Source: a virus
IMG/VR virus record: IMGVR_UViG_3300028304_000465
DNA length: 64,000 nt
Direction: 5' to 3' (one strand)
Shown here: piece after piece, positions 1-9,484 of the stretch
Position numbering within the stretch: position 1 is the stretch's first letter
Layout of the letters: the number at the start of each line of letters is the position of its first letter
The notes under the pieces: model-generated
What the model was told of the DNA's origin: nothing
Databases searched by the model: none
Seen by the model: only the letters and a program-made list of their open reading frames with translations
Made by a program: the position numbers and the translations under genes

Positions 1-67
1 CGGTGGAACTCCCTCGGTGTCCTGAATTCATCGCCGCTGTCCTCGTGGAACTCGTGAGAAAACAGGC

Positions 68-220
68 TCATCGGTACCCCTCCAGGGCGAACCCCATTTC
101 GGAGAGGCAGGCGTCGCAGAACTCTTCTCTCTCTACTCGTTTCACGGTGCCAAGCGGTTGCCCGCACCGCGAGCAACTGAACGGGTCGTCCTCGGGGTCT
201 GGTCGTTCAGTCCCGCTCAT
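68..220 (-). CDS. small CxxC Zn-finger protein (50 aa)
   Basis: MSGTERPDPEDDPFSCSRCGQ...FCDAC; acidic; ATGA overlap with the upstream methyltransferase ORF. Confidence 0.6.
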   Translation of the reverse strand: MSGTERPDPEDDPFSCSRCGQPLGTVKRVEREEFCDACLSEMGFALEGYR

Positions 221-969
221 GGGGACATCACCTCCCGGAGCGTAGCCTGCTCTCGACGCGGCGGCTCCAGATCCAGCAGAGGACAGAACGACAACAGCCA
301 CCGGACGTACTCGCTGGGAATAGCAGCGTGAACGGATTGCTCGGGCCAGTCGGTCGGAACGCCCTTCGCCTCCGCGAGTTCTTGGCGCTGGTACTCCGTG
401 TTGTTGTAGTTGTCGCGGGTCGACATGGTCAGATCGGGTCGGCCCTTTTCGACGGCGTCCGGGACGGGAAAACTCGTCTCGAAGTGCCGTTCCAGATCGA
501 ACGGGAGGTCGAACGCGAGCCCGTTCACTCGCGTCGGGTCGTCTAACTCCGAGCAGCGTGGAACGTTCTCGATGATGTGGTGGTCGGGGTCGAGAGCATC
601 GAGGACATCGCGCACGTTGAGCTCCTCGAAGCCCGGATACCGCTCCTCTATCTCGCCGTCGTCCCACTCCCAACGTTCGGCGTTGACCTTCGTCAGCGGA
701 CTCCAGCGCTGGCACGGCGGACTCATCCAGACGAGGACCGTCTCGTAGGCTGGAAGGTACGGCGCGAGCGCGTCAAGCAACCACGAAACGTCGCTCGCGT
801 CACCTTGGATAAACTCGCCGGGATAGTCGTCGGCGTAGTCTTCGATGTCGACGCCGACATGAGCCACGCCAATGTCGTCGAGCGTGTAGCCGACTCCGCC
901 GCGCCCCGAGTAGAGGTCGACCACGAGGACGTCGGATCGTTCAATCCCGCCTGTGGAGTGATCACTCAA
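217..969 (-). CDS. short DNA cytosine-C5 methyltransferase-like protein (TTG start, ~250 aa)
   Basis: Motif I-like VVDLYSGRGG, catalytic SPPCQ, motif VI IIENV; TTG start overlaps the upstream TGA. Confidence 0.75.
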   Translation of the reverse strand: MSDHSTGGIERSDVLVVDLYSGRGGVGYTLDDIGVAHVGVDIEDYADDYPGEFIQGDASDVSWLLDALAPYLPAYETVLVWMSPPCQRWSPLTKVNAERWEWDDGEIEERYPGFEELNVRDVLDALDPDHHIIENVPRCSELDDPTRVNGLAFDLPFDLERHFETSFPVPDAVEKGRPDLTMSTRDNYNNTEYQRQELAEAKGVPTDWPEQSVHAAIPSEYVRWLLSFCPLLDLEPPRREQATLREVMSP

Positions 970-1118
970 GACGAGCCACCTCCCGTGACGGGGCGACGCA
1001 CGAGCTGGTGTGACTCGCGGGGACCGCACTTCGGACAGATCGCGCCGCCGTCGGTCGCGACGCCGGGACCGCCGTCGGGAACGACGGCGGTCAGGCAGCC
1101 GATACAGATCGTTTCCAT
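966..1118 (-). CDS. small Zn-finger protein (50 aa)
   Basis: METICIGC...ATDGGAICPKCG, hand-translated; ATDGG motif typical of haloarchaeal virus/plasmid small genes. Confidence 0.55.
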   Translation of the reverse strand: METICIGCLTAVVPDGGPGVATDGGAICPKCGPRESHQLVRRPVTGGGSS

Positions 1119-1123
1119 CCGGC

Positions 1124-1570
1124 TCACCGTCGCTCACCTCCCTCAATCCCGTCGACGAACTCCTCGGCGAGCGATTCCCACCCGCGCTTGTCGTCGACGT
1201 GCTCGATCCAGAGAGCGAGCACTTCGTCGTCGGCGATCGCCTGTCGGTGCTCGGGATCTGCGCCAGGCGCCTCGACGACATCGAGGACGCGCTCGCCGGC
1301 GAGGCCACGCCGGAGCAGGTGGTACGCGCCGCACTCGTCGCGACCGACTAACCGGTCGTAGCGGGTCACACACTCGATATCCAGCGCGGCGCCGAACGCC
1401 GGGCTCGGGTAGTCAGGGCCGACGAGCCGCGATCCACGTTCGTCGATTGCGACGACGGTCGCGAAGGTCTTCGCCGTGATCGAGCCGACCGAGCGGTCGA
1501 CGACGACCACGTCGCCAACTGAGAGATTTTCCGCGGCGACGCCATCGGGTGTGGTGGCGTCGACGCTCAT
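1124..1570 (-). CDS. hypothetical protein (~148 aa)
   Basis: Acidic ORF; ATG at 1570 overlaps the upstream stop. Confidence 0.65.
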   Translation of the reverse strand: MSVDATTPDGVAAENLSVGDVVVVDRSVGSITAKTFATVVAIDERGSRLVGPDYPSPAFGAALDIECVTRYDRLVGRDECGAYHLLRRGLAGERVLDVVEAPGADPEHRQAIADDEVLALWIEHVDDKRGWESLAEEFVDGIEGGERR

Positions 1571-1677
1571 GGCTGGCACCTCCCATCATCGAGTGCTGGA
1601 CAGGCTTGCTCGTCGTCGGTGATTTCGAGCCCGCAGTACTCACAGATCTGGCGTGGGGTGCCCAGATCGATACTCAC
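1567..1677 (-). CDS. small Cys-rich protein (36 aa)
   Basis: (M)SIDLGTPRQICEYCGLEITDDEQACPALDDGRCQP; GGAGGTGA SD upstream of GTG. Confidence 0.55.
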   Translation of the reverse strand: MSIDLGTPRQICEYCGLEITDDEQACPALDDGRCQP

Positions 1678-1846
1678 CGACCGTCACCTCCCTCGGAAGG
1701 GCCACCAGCAGACACGTACCCGCGCCGGGTAGCCTGCGCTACTCGCGTTCGCGAGGGATGCTCGAAAAACAGATTCCGTGCTCTCGACGTGTTGAAAACA
1801 CCGAAAACAACAGGCAGCCGTCCCTCGGGACGGACTTTATTTCGGA

Positions 1847-1878
1847 TGGACTCGCCGGGATTTGAACCCGGGGCCTTC
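1847..1878 (-). other. att core: 3' fragment of tRNA-Ala (T-arm plus acceptor 3' strand)
   Basis: Minus strand GAAGGCCCCGGGTTCAAATCCCGGCGAGTCCA matches the haloarchaeal tRNA-Ala 3' end; no 5' half present; 130 bp from the integrase start. Confidence 0.8.
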
Positions 1879-2008
1879 GCGCCTCGCTCCGCTCGGCGCG
1901 ACACCGCAACGCAAAGGCTCCCACTCGGGCAGGTAGTGCTACGCAGGTATCTCCTGAATGACGCACCGGAGTGTACCCCCGGTACGTTAATCACTTCTTT
2001 CTTCGACC

Positions 2009-3028
2009 ATGACAACGCTCGACCAAACTTCCCCCGAAGAAGCAGTACAGATGTACCTCAAGTACCGTGAACCAGAAATCAGTCAGACGACACTCTACGA
2101 ACACAAGTGCCGCCTTAACCGCTTTCTGGAGTGGTACGACCGCGACGACATGACCAAGATGACTCGGAAAGTCGCCGCGAAGTATCGCTTTTACCGAACC
2201 GATGAGGTCGCACCGACGACGCTGGAGAACGAGATTCGCACCTTCCGGCTGTTCATCCGATTCTGTGAGGACTTCGGATGTGTCCCTGAAGGTGTTGCAA
2301 AGCACATCGACGTGCCAACGGCGTCCAAGGACCATCGCTCCCGAGACGTGAGCCTTGAAGAGTCAGAGGCCGACGCTATCCTCGACTACCTCGGAGAGTA
2401 CCACTACGCTTCGTTCAAACACGTTCTCTTCCACCTGATGTGGAACGTTGGAGCGAGAATCGGTGGTGTCAGAGCGCTCGATGCAGGTGACTTCCGAGAG
2501 AGTCCCGACCCCGGCGTAGACGGGTGGTTCCTCGACTTCCAAGACCGCCCCGAGCAGGGGACACCGTTGAAAAATAAATGGAAGTCCGAGCGGAGAGTGC
2601 CAATCGGTGACACCCTCACTCAAACAATACAAGATTGGAAGGAGCATCATCGCCCCGATGTAGAGGACAATGAAGGGCGCAAACCGCTTCTTGCTACCGA
2701 ACAGGGCAGACCACACAAGACCACTATCCAGCGCCACATCTACGGGATGACGCGACCCTGTTGGTACGGCGCAGACTGTCCTGAAGAGCGCGACCCCGAT
2801 GAGTGTGAGGCCGCCGGGCCGAAGCAAGCCGCGTCGAAGTGCCCCGCGTCTCGCTCGCCTCATGCCCTTCGACGTGGTAGGGCAACAGCGAACCTCAACA
2901 AAGGGATGACGAAAGACATGACCAGCGAACGCATGGACATGTCTCGTGAAGTGCTTGACGAACACTACAATAAACAGACCGAGGAGGATAAGCGACGACT
3001 CCAGCGGAAGTTCCTTGACGGGGACTAA
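2009..3028 (+). CDS. int: tyrosine integrase (SNJ2-like haloarchaeal family)
   Basis: Catalytic R (GARIGG), HxxR (SPHALRRGR), Y (VLDEHY); N-terminal SAM-like domain; adjacent to tRNA fragment. Confidence 0.92.
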   Translation: MTTLDQTSPEEAVQMYLKYREPEISQTTLYEHKCRLNRFLEWYDRDDMTKMTRKVAAKYRFYRTDEVAPTTLENEIRTFRLFIRFCEDFGCVPEGVAKHIDVPTASKDHRSRDVSLEESEADAILDYLGEYHYASFKHVLFHLMWNVGARIGGVRALDAGDFRESPDPGVDGWFLDFQDRPEQGTPLKNKWKSERRVPIGDTLTQTIQDWKEHHRPDVEDNEGRKPLLATEQGRPHKTTIQRHIYGMTRPCWYGADCPEERDPDECEAAGPKQAASKCPASRSPHALRRGRATANLNKGMTKDMTSERMDMSREVLDEHYNKQTEEDKRRLQRKFLDGD

Positions 3029-3222
3029 GGCTCTTCCCCTTCAGTCCCCGTGAGGACACGGAGCATTTCGACTGTTGTATCTTTGTTCTCTCTATCAAGA
3101 GATTTCACATCCTCGATTACTGATTCGATAATTTTCTTATCTACGCCTCCATCGGTAACTTCATCGAGGTCAACCTGATGCTCTTTCAGTAATTCATGGA
3201 TTTCATCAGGTAATTCGCTCAT
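3025..3222 (-). CDS. hypothetical protein (65 aa)
   Basis: Acidic ORF convergent with the integrase. Confidence 0.6.
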   Translation of the reverse strand: MSELPDEIHELLKEHQVDLDEVTDGGVDKKIIESVIEDVKSLDRENKDTTVEMLRVLTGTEGEEP

Positions 3223-3279
3223 GGTTACGCTGTCCTTCTATTTCTGCTACTTTAGGTTTTCTGGATTTGTGCATCCTTC

Positions 3280-3957
3280 TCACTCGTTTTCTTCTCTTAC
3301 GCTGTCACGAAAGTTCTTTCGCCCACCACCCTTCGCGCTTTGTTCTTCGAGGAATTTTTGATACTGCTTTCGGGCGAAGCCTACCTTCTTGTTTTCCAGA
3401 GTTCCGTCCCACTTCACCAACTCGCGGATGTCTACTTCTCCGACGACAGCGAGGAAGTGAGTCACCATGTTCTCTGGCCCCCACAGGTGTTCTTGCTCGG
3501 CCATGATTTTTTGGAGGTCCCAACTTTCGTGAGGAGTGATGCGTTCGGACACCTCGTAGGGGTCCCACGGTATTCCGTTATCTCGGCCCGAGATGTCTGT
3601 TACTTCTACGTCCCGCATCGTTTTACCTTTCTCCAACGTGAAGTAGATATGAGCTTCAGCGTATCCTTCGCAGGGAAAGAATAGCCGTTTCTTGGAACAG
3701 TTAGGGCAGTACGTAGCCAGCGGAACGAGTGGCCTTTCACGATGGATATAGTCCGGTATCTGTGTACTTCCTTCGAAGGTGTCGTTTATCACATCGTCAG
3801 CCACATAGTGAGCAACACGGGGATGAGAAGTGTAGTTAACACCTTTCGAGCAGAAATCACAGACAAAGTGTTCCTCACCGGGATCATCGGGGTTGAACTC
3901 TGACCCCTCGAACTCTTCTTCTATCTCTTCGTCGGTGAAGTGTGGGTTGAATCTCAT
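3280..3957 (-). CDS. hypothetical protein with two CxxC motifs (225 aa)
   Basis: CDFC and CPNC; acidic. Confidence 0.75.
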   Translation of the reverse strand: MRFNPHFTDEEIEEEFEGSEFNPDDPGEEHFVCDFCSKGVNYTSHPRVAHYVADDVINDTFEGSTQIPDYIHRERPLVPLATYCPNCSKKRLFFPCEGYAEAHIYFTLEKGKTMRDVEVTDISGRDNGIPWDPYEVSERITPHESWDLQKIMAEQEHLWGPENMVTHFLAVVGEVDIRELVKWDGTLENKKVGFARKQYQKFLEEQSAKGGGRKNFRDSVREENE

Positions 3958-4412
3958 GCGTGTATCTCCTCATGGTCGTACTGTTCGTGTAGTGCCTCGA
4001 TGTACTTTTCTCTATCTTCATCACCCTCAAACTCTTCTCGGATGTTCTCTCCACTCTCGCTTTGATCGTGTCGGAGAAGATCGAGACAGGTGTTGCACAG
4101 CCCTGCTGATACTTGGTCCATCTCGCCGTGACACGTATCGAAGAACTTACACTTCAGTTCTTCATCGTCAACTTCGGGCGTCCAGTTCTCGTGTGCTTTA
4201 TCCATCCAGTAGCTTATCTTCGAGGGAGTTGTCCCGAGGACGTGGGCTACTTCGTATTGGTACGTGTGCTTTTCGTCTAACTGGACCATCAGTTCATGGT
4301 CCTTCCACGGCTCATCTCTGCTCTTGAAAGCGGGATGGGGTGACGGGCCGAGTTCGTCTTCGAGGTCGCGTTCAGTCTTGGCTGTCATGAGTACACTCTT
4401 CTCCATTTTCAT
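3954..4412 (-). CDS. HTH plus Cys-rich protein (152 aa)
   Basis: PWKD...EVAHVLGTTPSKISYWMDK HTH-like segment; CxxxxxC...CNTC. Confidence 0.7.
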   Translation of the reverse strand: MKMEKSVLMTAKTERDLEDELGPSPHPAFKSRDEPWKDHELMVQLDEKHTYQYEVAHVLGTTPSKISYWMDKAHENWTPEVDDEELKCKFFDTCHGEMDQVSAGLCNTCLDLLRHDQSESGENIREEFEGDEDREKYIEALHEQYDHEEIHA

Positions 4413-4944
4413 CTATCGGTACGACCCCGCCGCCGCAGTGGGGACATGAACCGAGAGCGAGTATTGGCTTGCCAACGTTGCCACAGTTACAACACCGGGA
4501 CTTTACAGCATCTTCTGGAAGTAGGCCAGTCATGTTCCTGTTTCCAGAGTCCGGCCGCAACCCTCACAGGTAAACTGAGACTCGGCGTATTCGGCCATGA
4601 GCGTGTAACTCGCCCCTTTTCGCCAATTCCTGTGTTCACACTCCGTACAGATGATGCAGATTGCTTTCTGTTGGGACTCCTCTGCCTCTTGCTCGTCGGG
4701 GTGGTCGATGTCAACCATTCTTCGGATACTGTTCTTCGAGACGAATATTAGCGAGCGTTACATCAGCGTCTTTCTGGTTGTCAACAGTTTTGATAACCGA
4801 TGAGTCGTCGTGTTTTGCCTCGACGCAGAGGCGAACGTCGTAGCCCCGTTCTTCGAGTTTGTCCCGAAGAGCGAGGACTGTTTCTTCATCCATTGGTTCT
4901 GTTTCCCACGTATCCGCCGCTCTCGTTGCACGACGGTCATTCAT
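4372..4944 (-). CDS. three small overlapping ORFs (4372-4560 and 4530-4718 Zn-finger; 4711-4944 hypothetical)
   Basis: CCNCG/CPHCG; CTEC/CEGC; acidic; start-stop overlaps. Confidence 0.6.
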
Positions 4945-5161
4945 CGGTCTGGAGCTTGTCAGCGGCCTCGTTCAGCGTCTCTGCCAATCCACGGGCTTGC
5001 TCGGGTGTCATACTCAGTGATGTTTTTCGTGTTGGGTCATCTTGTGTAACATACGACACGTTCTCAGGCACTTGTTCAACCGAGTGTAACTCAACCACAG
5101 GGTTGTCAACGGTGTGGTGAATTGCTACCTGAACGTGACCGTTCGTTGCGTCGTCACTCAT
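4937..5161 (-). CDS. hypothetical protein (74 aa)
   Basis: MSDDATNGH...; acidic; overlapping gene junctions. Confidence 0.6.
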   Translation of the reverse strand: MSDDATNGHVQVAIHHTVDNPVVELHSVEQVPENVSYVTQDDPTRKTSLSMTPEQARGLAETLNEAADKLQTDE

Positions 5162-5378
5162 TGTAGGGCCTCCGCTCAACTTCGACCGTTTCTGCGAGTT
5201 CTTTGATGTGTTCTCGCTGTCCCTGTTCGGAGAGAGTCTTGTGTGAGTTCGTTGCGTATCCCTTGATGATGTCCGCGGCTCGCTTCTCCGAGAGTTCGAT
5301 TTTCGTATCGACTCGGGCCATCCCGAAGTCATCGTGCGGTTCGACGTGTATCCATTCTACCGTGATTGTGTCTGTCAT
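5154..5378 (-). CDS. hypothetical protein (74 aa)
   Basis: MTDTITVEW...; acidic. Confidence 0.6.
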   Translation of the reverse strand: MTDTITVEWIHVEPHDDFGMARVDTKIELSEKRAADIIKGYATNSHKTLSEQGQREHIKELAETVEVERRPYNE

Positions 5379-5481
5379 GAGTTTTCCTCGTCTCCGGGTT
5401 CGTAGTCGCACCATAGATGTCCTCCAGTTGGGGGAAGCAGACCTCCGCAGTCGGGACAGCGGCCGTCGTCGGGGTCATCAG

Positions 5482-5772
5482 TCATGGCTCGTAGTCCTCC
5501 GATGCGACCTTTGGGTCGATGTCGAATCCCCCATCTATGAGAGCCTGTTCGACGTGTTTCACTATAAGCGCCTGTACTTGTTCGTCGGCGTAGTCGTCTA
5601 TCTGTCCTTTAGCGTACCTGTACGTCCCGTCTCCGTCAGCATGGAACACAAGCTCGATGTCGTCCAACGAAACGCCGGTTACACTACCGACGAATCGGAT
5701 GGATTCACCGGAGCGAATTACAAGTTCGCCCTCTGCCCATGTTCCATCAATGGTTGTTTCGTACTGAGTCAT
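5482..5772 (-). CDS. hypothetical protein (96 aa)
   Basis: MTQYETT...; acidic. Confidence 0.6.
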   Translation of the reverse strand: MTQYETTIDGTWAEGELVIRSGESIRFVGSVTGVSLDDIELVFHADGDGTYRYAKGQIDDYADEQVQALIVKHVEQALIDGGFDIDPKVASEDYEP

Positions 5773-5774
5773 TG

Positions 5775-6206
5775 TTATGGTCTGAAGTGTAACTGCCAGC
5801 CTTCGAGCGATATAGTTACTTGCCCACAATCCGGGTCGGGATCTACATTCATTACCACGTCCTCGTTCCCGGCGTGGAACTCTTCCTCGATGTGGATGAC
5901 CTGTTCTGCCACGTTCTCGTCCACCTCATCCCAAGAAGAGATGGTGGGTAAGTCGATTCTTTCACCGCTTGGAGTACATAGACTATCATACTCGAAGCGA
6001 TACGTGCGTGTCTCATCACAGGACCACTTCTCGCCGTACTCGCCCTCTGCGTAGCGACACTGAAGATGGAAGATAGCCGCTCCATCCTCAATGACGGGAT
6101 TATCTTTACTCTGACACGGGTCGAACTCGTGTTCGTGGTCGTGAGGCTCGATGATGCCGCCTCGGATGAGGTCGCGTCGGGACGTACCGGGAGGGTAGCC
6201 GCCCAT
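5775..6206 (-). CDS. hypothetical protein (143 aa)
   Basis: MGGYPPGTSRRDL...; acidic. Confidence 0.65.
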   Translation of the reverse strand: MGGYPPGTSRRDLIRGGIIEPHDHEHEFDPCQSKDNPVIEDGAAIFHLQCRYAEGEYGEKWSCDETRTYRFEYDSLCTPSGERIDLPTISSWDEVDENVAEQVIHIEEEFHAGNEDVVMNVDPDPDCGQVTISLEGWQLHFRP

Positions 6207-6565
6207 TAGTCCCACCCGAGTTCTTTTGCTACCTTCTTTCCAGCCCGAGCCGCCGAGGGAGAATCAGACTTCGCTTCAATAGCCTTCATCCAACACTCAC
6301 GGGCTATTTCTTCGTCTACTACGCCGGGAAGGTATCCACGAAAGGACAGGGAACTATATATTTCAGTTTCTTTCAGGTTCTCGATGTTTCCGCCATCCCG
6401 TTTAAATAGTTCCAGCGCAACATAGTTGTCGTACTGGTCTGCGATTTCTCCGAAACGTAGCTCTGGTTTGTCATCACCTACGGGTTCAAATCCGGCTTGT
6501 GAAGCCGGACAATTACAGTCCTCTACCTGATTTTTTCCGTATGCGAATTGTCTTTCTTCACTCAT
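6206..6565 (-). CDS. hypothetical protein (119 aa)
   Basis: Acidic ORF with coupled start/stop. Confidence 0.65.
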   Translation of the reverse strand: MSEERQFAYGKNQVEDCNCPASQAGFEPVGDDKPELRFGEIADQYDNYVALELFKRDGGNIENLKETEIYSSLSFRGYLPGVVDEEIARECWMKAIEAKSDSPSAARAGKKVAKELGWD

Positions 6566-6651
6566 GGCGTAAGCACTCCCTCGTCACAAAGAGAGCAGTC
6601 AGTGCCTCGATTCCTTACATCGGTGTAACCGCAGTTTGTACAGGTGTTCAT
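6562..6651 (-). CDS. micro Zn-finger protein (29 aa)
   Basis: MNTCTNCGYTDVRNRGTDCSLCDEGVLTP; preceded by the GGGACACAACC leader; TGA overlaps the next ATG. Confidence 0.6.
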   Translation of the reverse strand: MNTCTNCGYTDVRNRGTDCSLCDEGVLTP

Positions 6652-6712
6652 GGTTGTGTCCCGCCTCGTTTGGCGGGGAGGCCGACGCCGGGGGATGACC
6701 CCGGGGCGAGCG

Positions 6713-6970
6713 TTACTCTTCGTCGGTTTCTACTTGCTCTGCACACCGTTCGAGCATCGCGGCTTGATACAACTCGTCGTTGTTCTCGCCGTGACGCTCC
6801 GCAGAGAGCCGCATCGCTTCAGCCATCTCTCTGGCTTGTTCAGCACCGAGCGTTCTTGCTCCCTGACCTTCGATGCTCACGAAGACGTAGCCGTCCTCGT
6901 TCCACACTTCCATCTCATTCTCTCTCCGCTTCAACTCGAAGTCGTCATCGTCATCGAATAGCCGACCCAT
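6713..6970 (-). CDS. hypothetical protein (85 aa)
   Basis: Acidic ORF. Confidence 0.65.
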   Translation of the reverse strand: MGRLFDDDDDFELKRRENEMEVWNEDGYVFVSIEGQGARTLGAEQAREMAEAMRLSAERHGENNDELYQAAMLERCAEQVETDEE

Positions 6971-6975
6971 GATTG

Positions 6976-7746
6976 TTATACCATCTTGTCTCTTTTACGT
7001 GTTAGTGAAGGCTCTGTGTCTTGTCCTTCAGGGTACAGCCAATCCCTGAACGTCCGTTTCTTTTCTCCGTAGAACGTGAGACGATAGATTTCTGACTCGT
7101 AGATGGGTGGGTCCATCGGAAGCCAGTCTGCTACCTTCTCTAACTGTTTCTCGGAACTGCTTGCTATTTGTATGTGTTCAGGGACAACAGTGCCATCTGC
7201 ATCGAAGAGGCCCCGAGTGAACGCCACTCTAAGTTCCTCACCGATGAGGGGTGGTAGTGCTTCACTTGTCGTCTTATCCCTGTCACATCCGAGTTCAACT
7301 AATGACTCTACAAACTCTTTGTTCCCAATCTTCACCCGATAACCGTCTTTGGGTTGTTGGAGTTTGTGACCGCTATCTATCGCGTCTATGAACTTTTGGA
7401 TATGAGACTTGTCGCTCTCTTTCAGGTGAAGCACACAGGAAGCGTGGTCATCGGTGAGCGAGACGTAGCCGTCACCGTAGAGGAACCCGAGCCAGTACGC
7501 CTTCTCGGTCGTGTCCACCTCATCGAAGTACGACCTGTTGAGTGGCTTCTTGCGCCATTCGCTTGTCTGTCTCGACTCTAACCCTACGGCTTCTTTTGCT
7601 TCTTCCCACCCTCCCCACCGCTTCGCAACGGTCTTACGAGAAGGTAGTTCATCGAACTGCTGGTACTCTCGTGCGGTCGGGGAGTCACCGACTCTCCGAG
7701 CCGCCTCAAGCAACGCCGCCTCGCACTCTTCCTGTGTGTAACTCAT
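6976..7746 (-). CDS. free-standing LAGLIDADG homing endonuclease with N-terminal helical repeat domain
   Basis: AYWLGFLYGDGYV and AFTRGLFDADGTV motifs; N-terminal EECEAALLEAARRVGDSPT..Y...PS..T...RWGGWEEAK. Confidence 0.85.
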   Translation of the reverse strand: MSYTQEECEAALLEAARRVGDSPTAREYQQFDELPSRKTVAKRWGGWEEAKEAVGLESRQTSEWRKKPLNRSYFDEVDTTEKAYWLGFLYGDGYVSLTDDHASCVLHLKESDKSHIQKFIDAIDSGHKLQQPKDGYRVKIGNKEFVESLVELGCDRDKTTSEALPPLIGEELRVAFTRGLFDADGTVVPEHIQIASSSEKQLEKVADWLPMDPPIYESEIYRLTFYGEKKRTFRDWLYPEGQDTEPSLTRKRDKMV

Positions 7747-7753
7747 TACCTAC

Positions 7754-9139
7754 CTACTCCGATTCTTCTGTTTCAGCAGTACCAGCAAGCATCGTCTGAA
7801 GTTCGTCACGGCGACTCTCGAACTCATCTCGTTGGTCAGACAAGTCTCGCTTGGCTTTTTCAACCTTTGCCTCGAAGGAGAACTCATCCAATTCTCCTTC
7901 TCCGCCCTCTCCATCCTCGCCAGTAGCCGCACGCCTCTGTCTCTCTGCCCGCTGTTGGGCGTTAGCGTCGATGGTTTCGAGGGCTTGGGTCGGGTTCATC
8001 ACGAAGTCGTTAGCGGTTTGCACGAGTTCGTTGAGACGGCTCGTGTTTTCTCCGCCTCGGTAGTGGTGAGTAATAGCGTAAGTTGCCCCGGAGTGAACCT
8101 CCCAACAGGTAGGTAAGAACTGGTTCTCGGCACGACTCCGAACGTGCGAGGCGGCTTCGCGGGCGAGGTAGGTCGGGAACCCCACCATCTCGAAGTACGC
8201 CTGAAGGTCGTCGGCGTGGTCGAGGACTTCGCTGAAGTTGAAGTCGAGGTAGTCCACCTCGATTTCACCAGCGGCCTCGATGAGTTCCGCGAGTTGATCC
8301 GTCATCAGGTCCATCTCGCAGAGAATGTCGTCCCACCACTCTCGGGTTTCCGAGGGGTCCCCGACGTGGCGTCGGGTCTTTTGATCTGTGATGTTCCGAA
8401 TCGAGTTGGAACACCATGTATCCTGACCGAAGCCCTCGGCGTAGAGTGCAGTCCCGCCGAAGTAGTCGTACCCCGTGCGGACACCGAGGAGGATGGGGTT
8501 CGAGGAGCCACCGTCTGCGGCTACCTGTTCGTCATCCTGCTCGCCGGGGTTGTCGATGCGGAACTTGTCGAACAACATCTCGATGTGGACCTCGCCACCA
8601 CCCTTGTACTTCTTGAGGGTGCCGAATACATGGTCCCCGAGGTCTTCGTCACGAATCGCCTCTTCGAGCGGTTCGTAGAAGTCCAGCGGCGACACTACGG
8701 CGTAGTCCGACGTGGGGTTGTGCCATAGGGCGTCGAGGAACTGCTCTTCCTCGTTTCGGTAGGTGCCCTGAATCCACTGTTCGAGCTTATCAGGGGAGAT
8801 GACCGACTGGAAGCGGTCAGTCTCCACGAACAGCGCACCGTCACGAGTTTGGTGGAGCGTGACCCCATCGGGGGCCTCTTCCTGTACCGCTTTCACATCG
8901 ATGCGCTTTGCCACCTTGTCGGGAACACGCCATGCGTTCCCGGTCGGCTCTGCACCTTCGAGGGAGCGAATTGCCGACGCGAGAGACGTATCAGGCATGT
9001 CGTCCGGGTAGATGCCTTCGTCCCGTGAGTGGTCCGACGTGGCGGCAGTTTCCGCCTTCTCAGAGAGCGTCACGTTGTTGTGGGTAGTCAGACCGGCGAA
9101 TTGTACGACTTCACACGGTTCCGTAGAGCGTCCGTACAT
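7754..9139 (-). CDS. DUF932-like phage/plasmid protein (461 aa)
   Basis: Pattern Y.VVSP.DF ... G...NxxxG..AL...G....WC.NS recalls DUF932; acidic coiled-coil tail. Confidence 0.6.
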   Translation of the reverse strand: MYGRSTEPCEVVQFAGLTTHNNVTLSEKAETAATSDHSRDEGIYPDDMPDTSLASAIRSLEGAEPTGNAWRVPDKVAKRIDVKAVQEEAPDGVTLHQTRDGALFVETDRFQSVISPDKLEQWIQGTYRNEEEQFLDALWHNPTSDYAVVSPLDFYEPLEEAIRDEDLGDHVFGTLKKYKGGGEVHIEMLFDKFRIDNPGEQDDEQVAADGGSSNPILLGVRTGYDYFGGTALYAEGFGQDTWCSNSIRNITDQKTRRHVGDPSETREWWDDILCEMDLMTDQLAELIEAAGEIEVDYLDFNFSEVLDHADDLQAYFEMVGFPTYLAREAASHVRSRAENQFLPTCWEVHSGATYAITHHYRGGENTSRLNELVQTANDFVMNPTQALETIDANAQQRAERQRRAATGEDGEGGEGELDEFSFEAKVEKAKRDLSDQRDEFESRRDELQTMLAGTAETEESE

Positions 9140-9259
9140 GGTTGGTTGTGTCCCGTCGTTACTTAGATCGAGCGCCCGACAGGTGGCGCAAAGCCTGCTT
9201 CGGGAGTCGAACCCGACGCACGCATTACGTTCTTGTAGTGCGCTCCCCTCGGAACAGAC
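9140..9259 (-). ncRNA. tRNA-like element plus pseudoknot leader cassette A
   Basis: 7-bp acceptor GTCTGTT/AGCAGGC, T-arm TCGGG-TTCGACT-CCCGA, then GCGCC-ACCTGTCG-GGCGC...CGACGGG-ACACAACCAACC-ATG. Confidence 0.7.
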
Positions 9260-9263
9260 ACAA

Positions 9264-9296
9264 TCAAAGAATAGATAGGCTAATCCTTAATTCTTT
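9264..9296 (-). promoter_or_regulatory. early promoter, class AAAGA(A/T)TTAA-N~12-TCTTTGA
   Basis: BRE/TATA-like AAAGAATTAAG about 27 nt upstream of the cassette A 5' end; same class at 11049, 16777, 18321, 19388, 60220. Confidence 0.7.
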
Positions 9297-9484
9297 GGGA
9301 TCGTTCTGAAAAATTTGCTCAGTCTCGTGAGAGTTTCAGCGAACCGGAACGTGTACGCAGTTCGTGTCGCAGGAGCGGCAGAACAGTGTCTTTCCCCACT
9401 CCGAGTTCTGTGCTTGTTCACGGGTGTCGTACCCTCTGTCGCTTAATTTCTCGAAGTCGCATTGGGTACAGAGATACATCGTTA

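Noticed and set aside
1847-1930. Intact or intron-containing tRNA-Ala
   Set aside because: No 5' acceptor strand (GGGCTCG), D-arm or anticodon arm upstream; only the 3' fragment matches.
5380-5487. Possible frameshifted micro Zn-finger ORF (MTDDPDDGRCPDCGG...)
   Set aside because: Too short to separate a real frameshift from an indel or chance; no slippery site recognised.
9152-9189. HDV-like/theta ribozyme after the tRNA-like elements
   Set aside because: The context is suggestive, but the P3/L3 and P1.1 elements required between P2 and P1' are missing. The fold is a simple H-type pseudoknot. A self-cleavage assay is still cheap to run.
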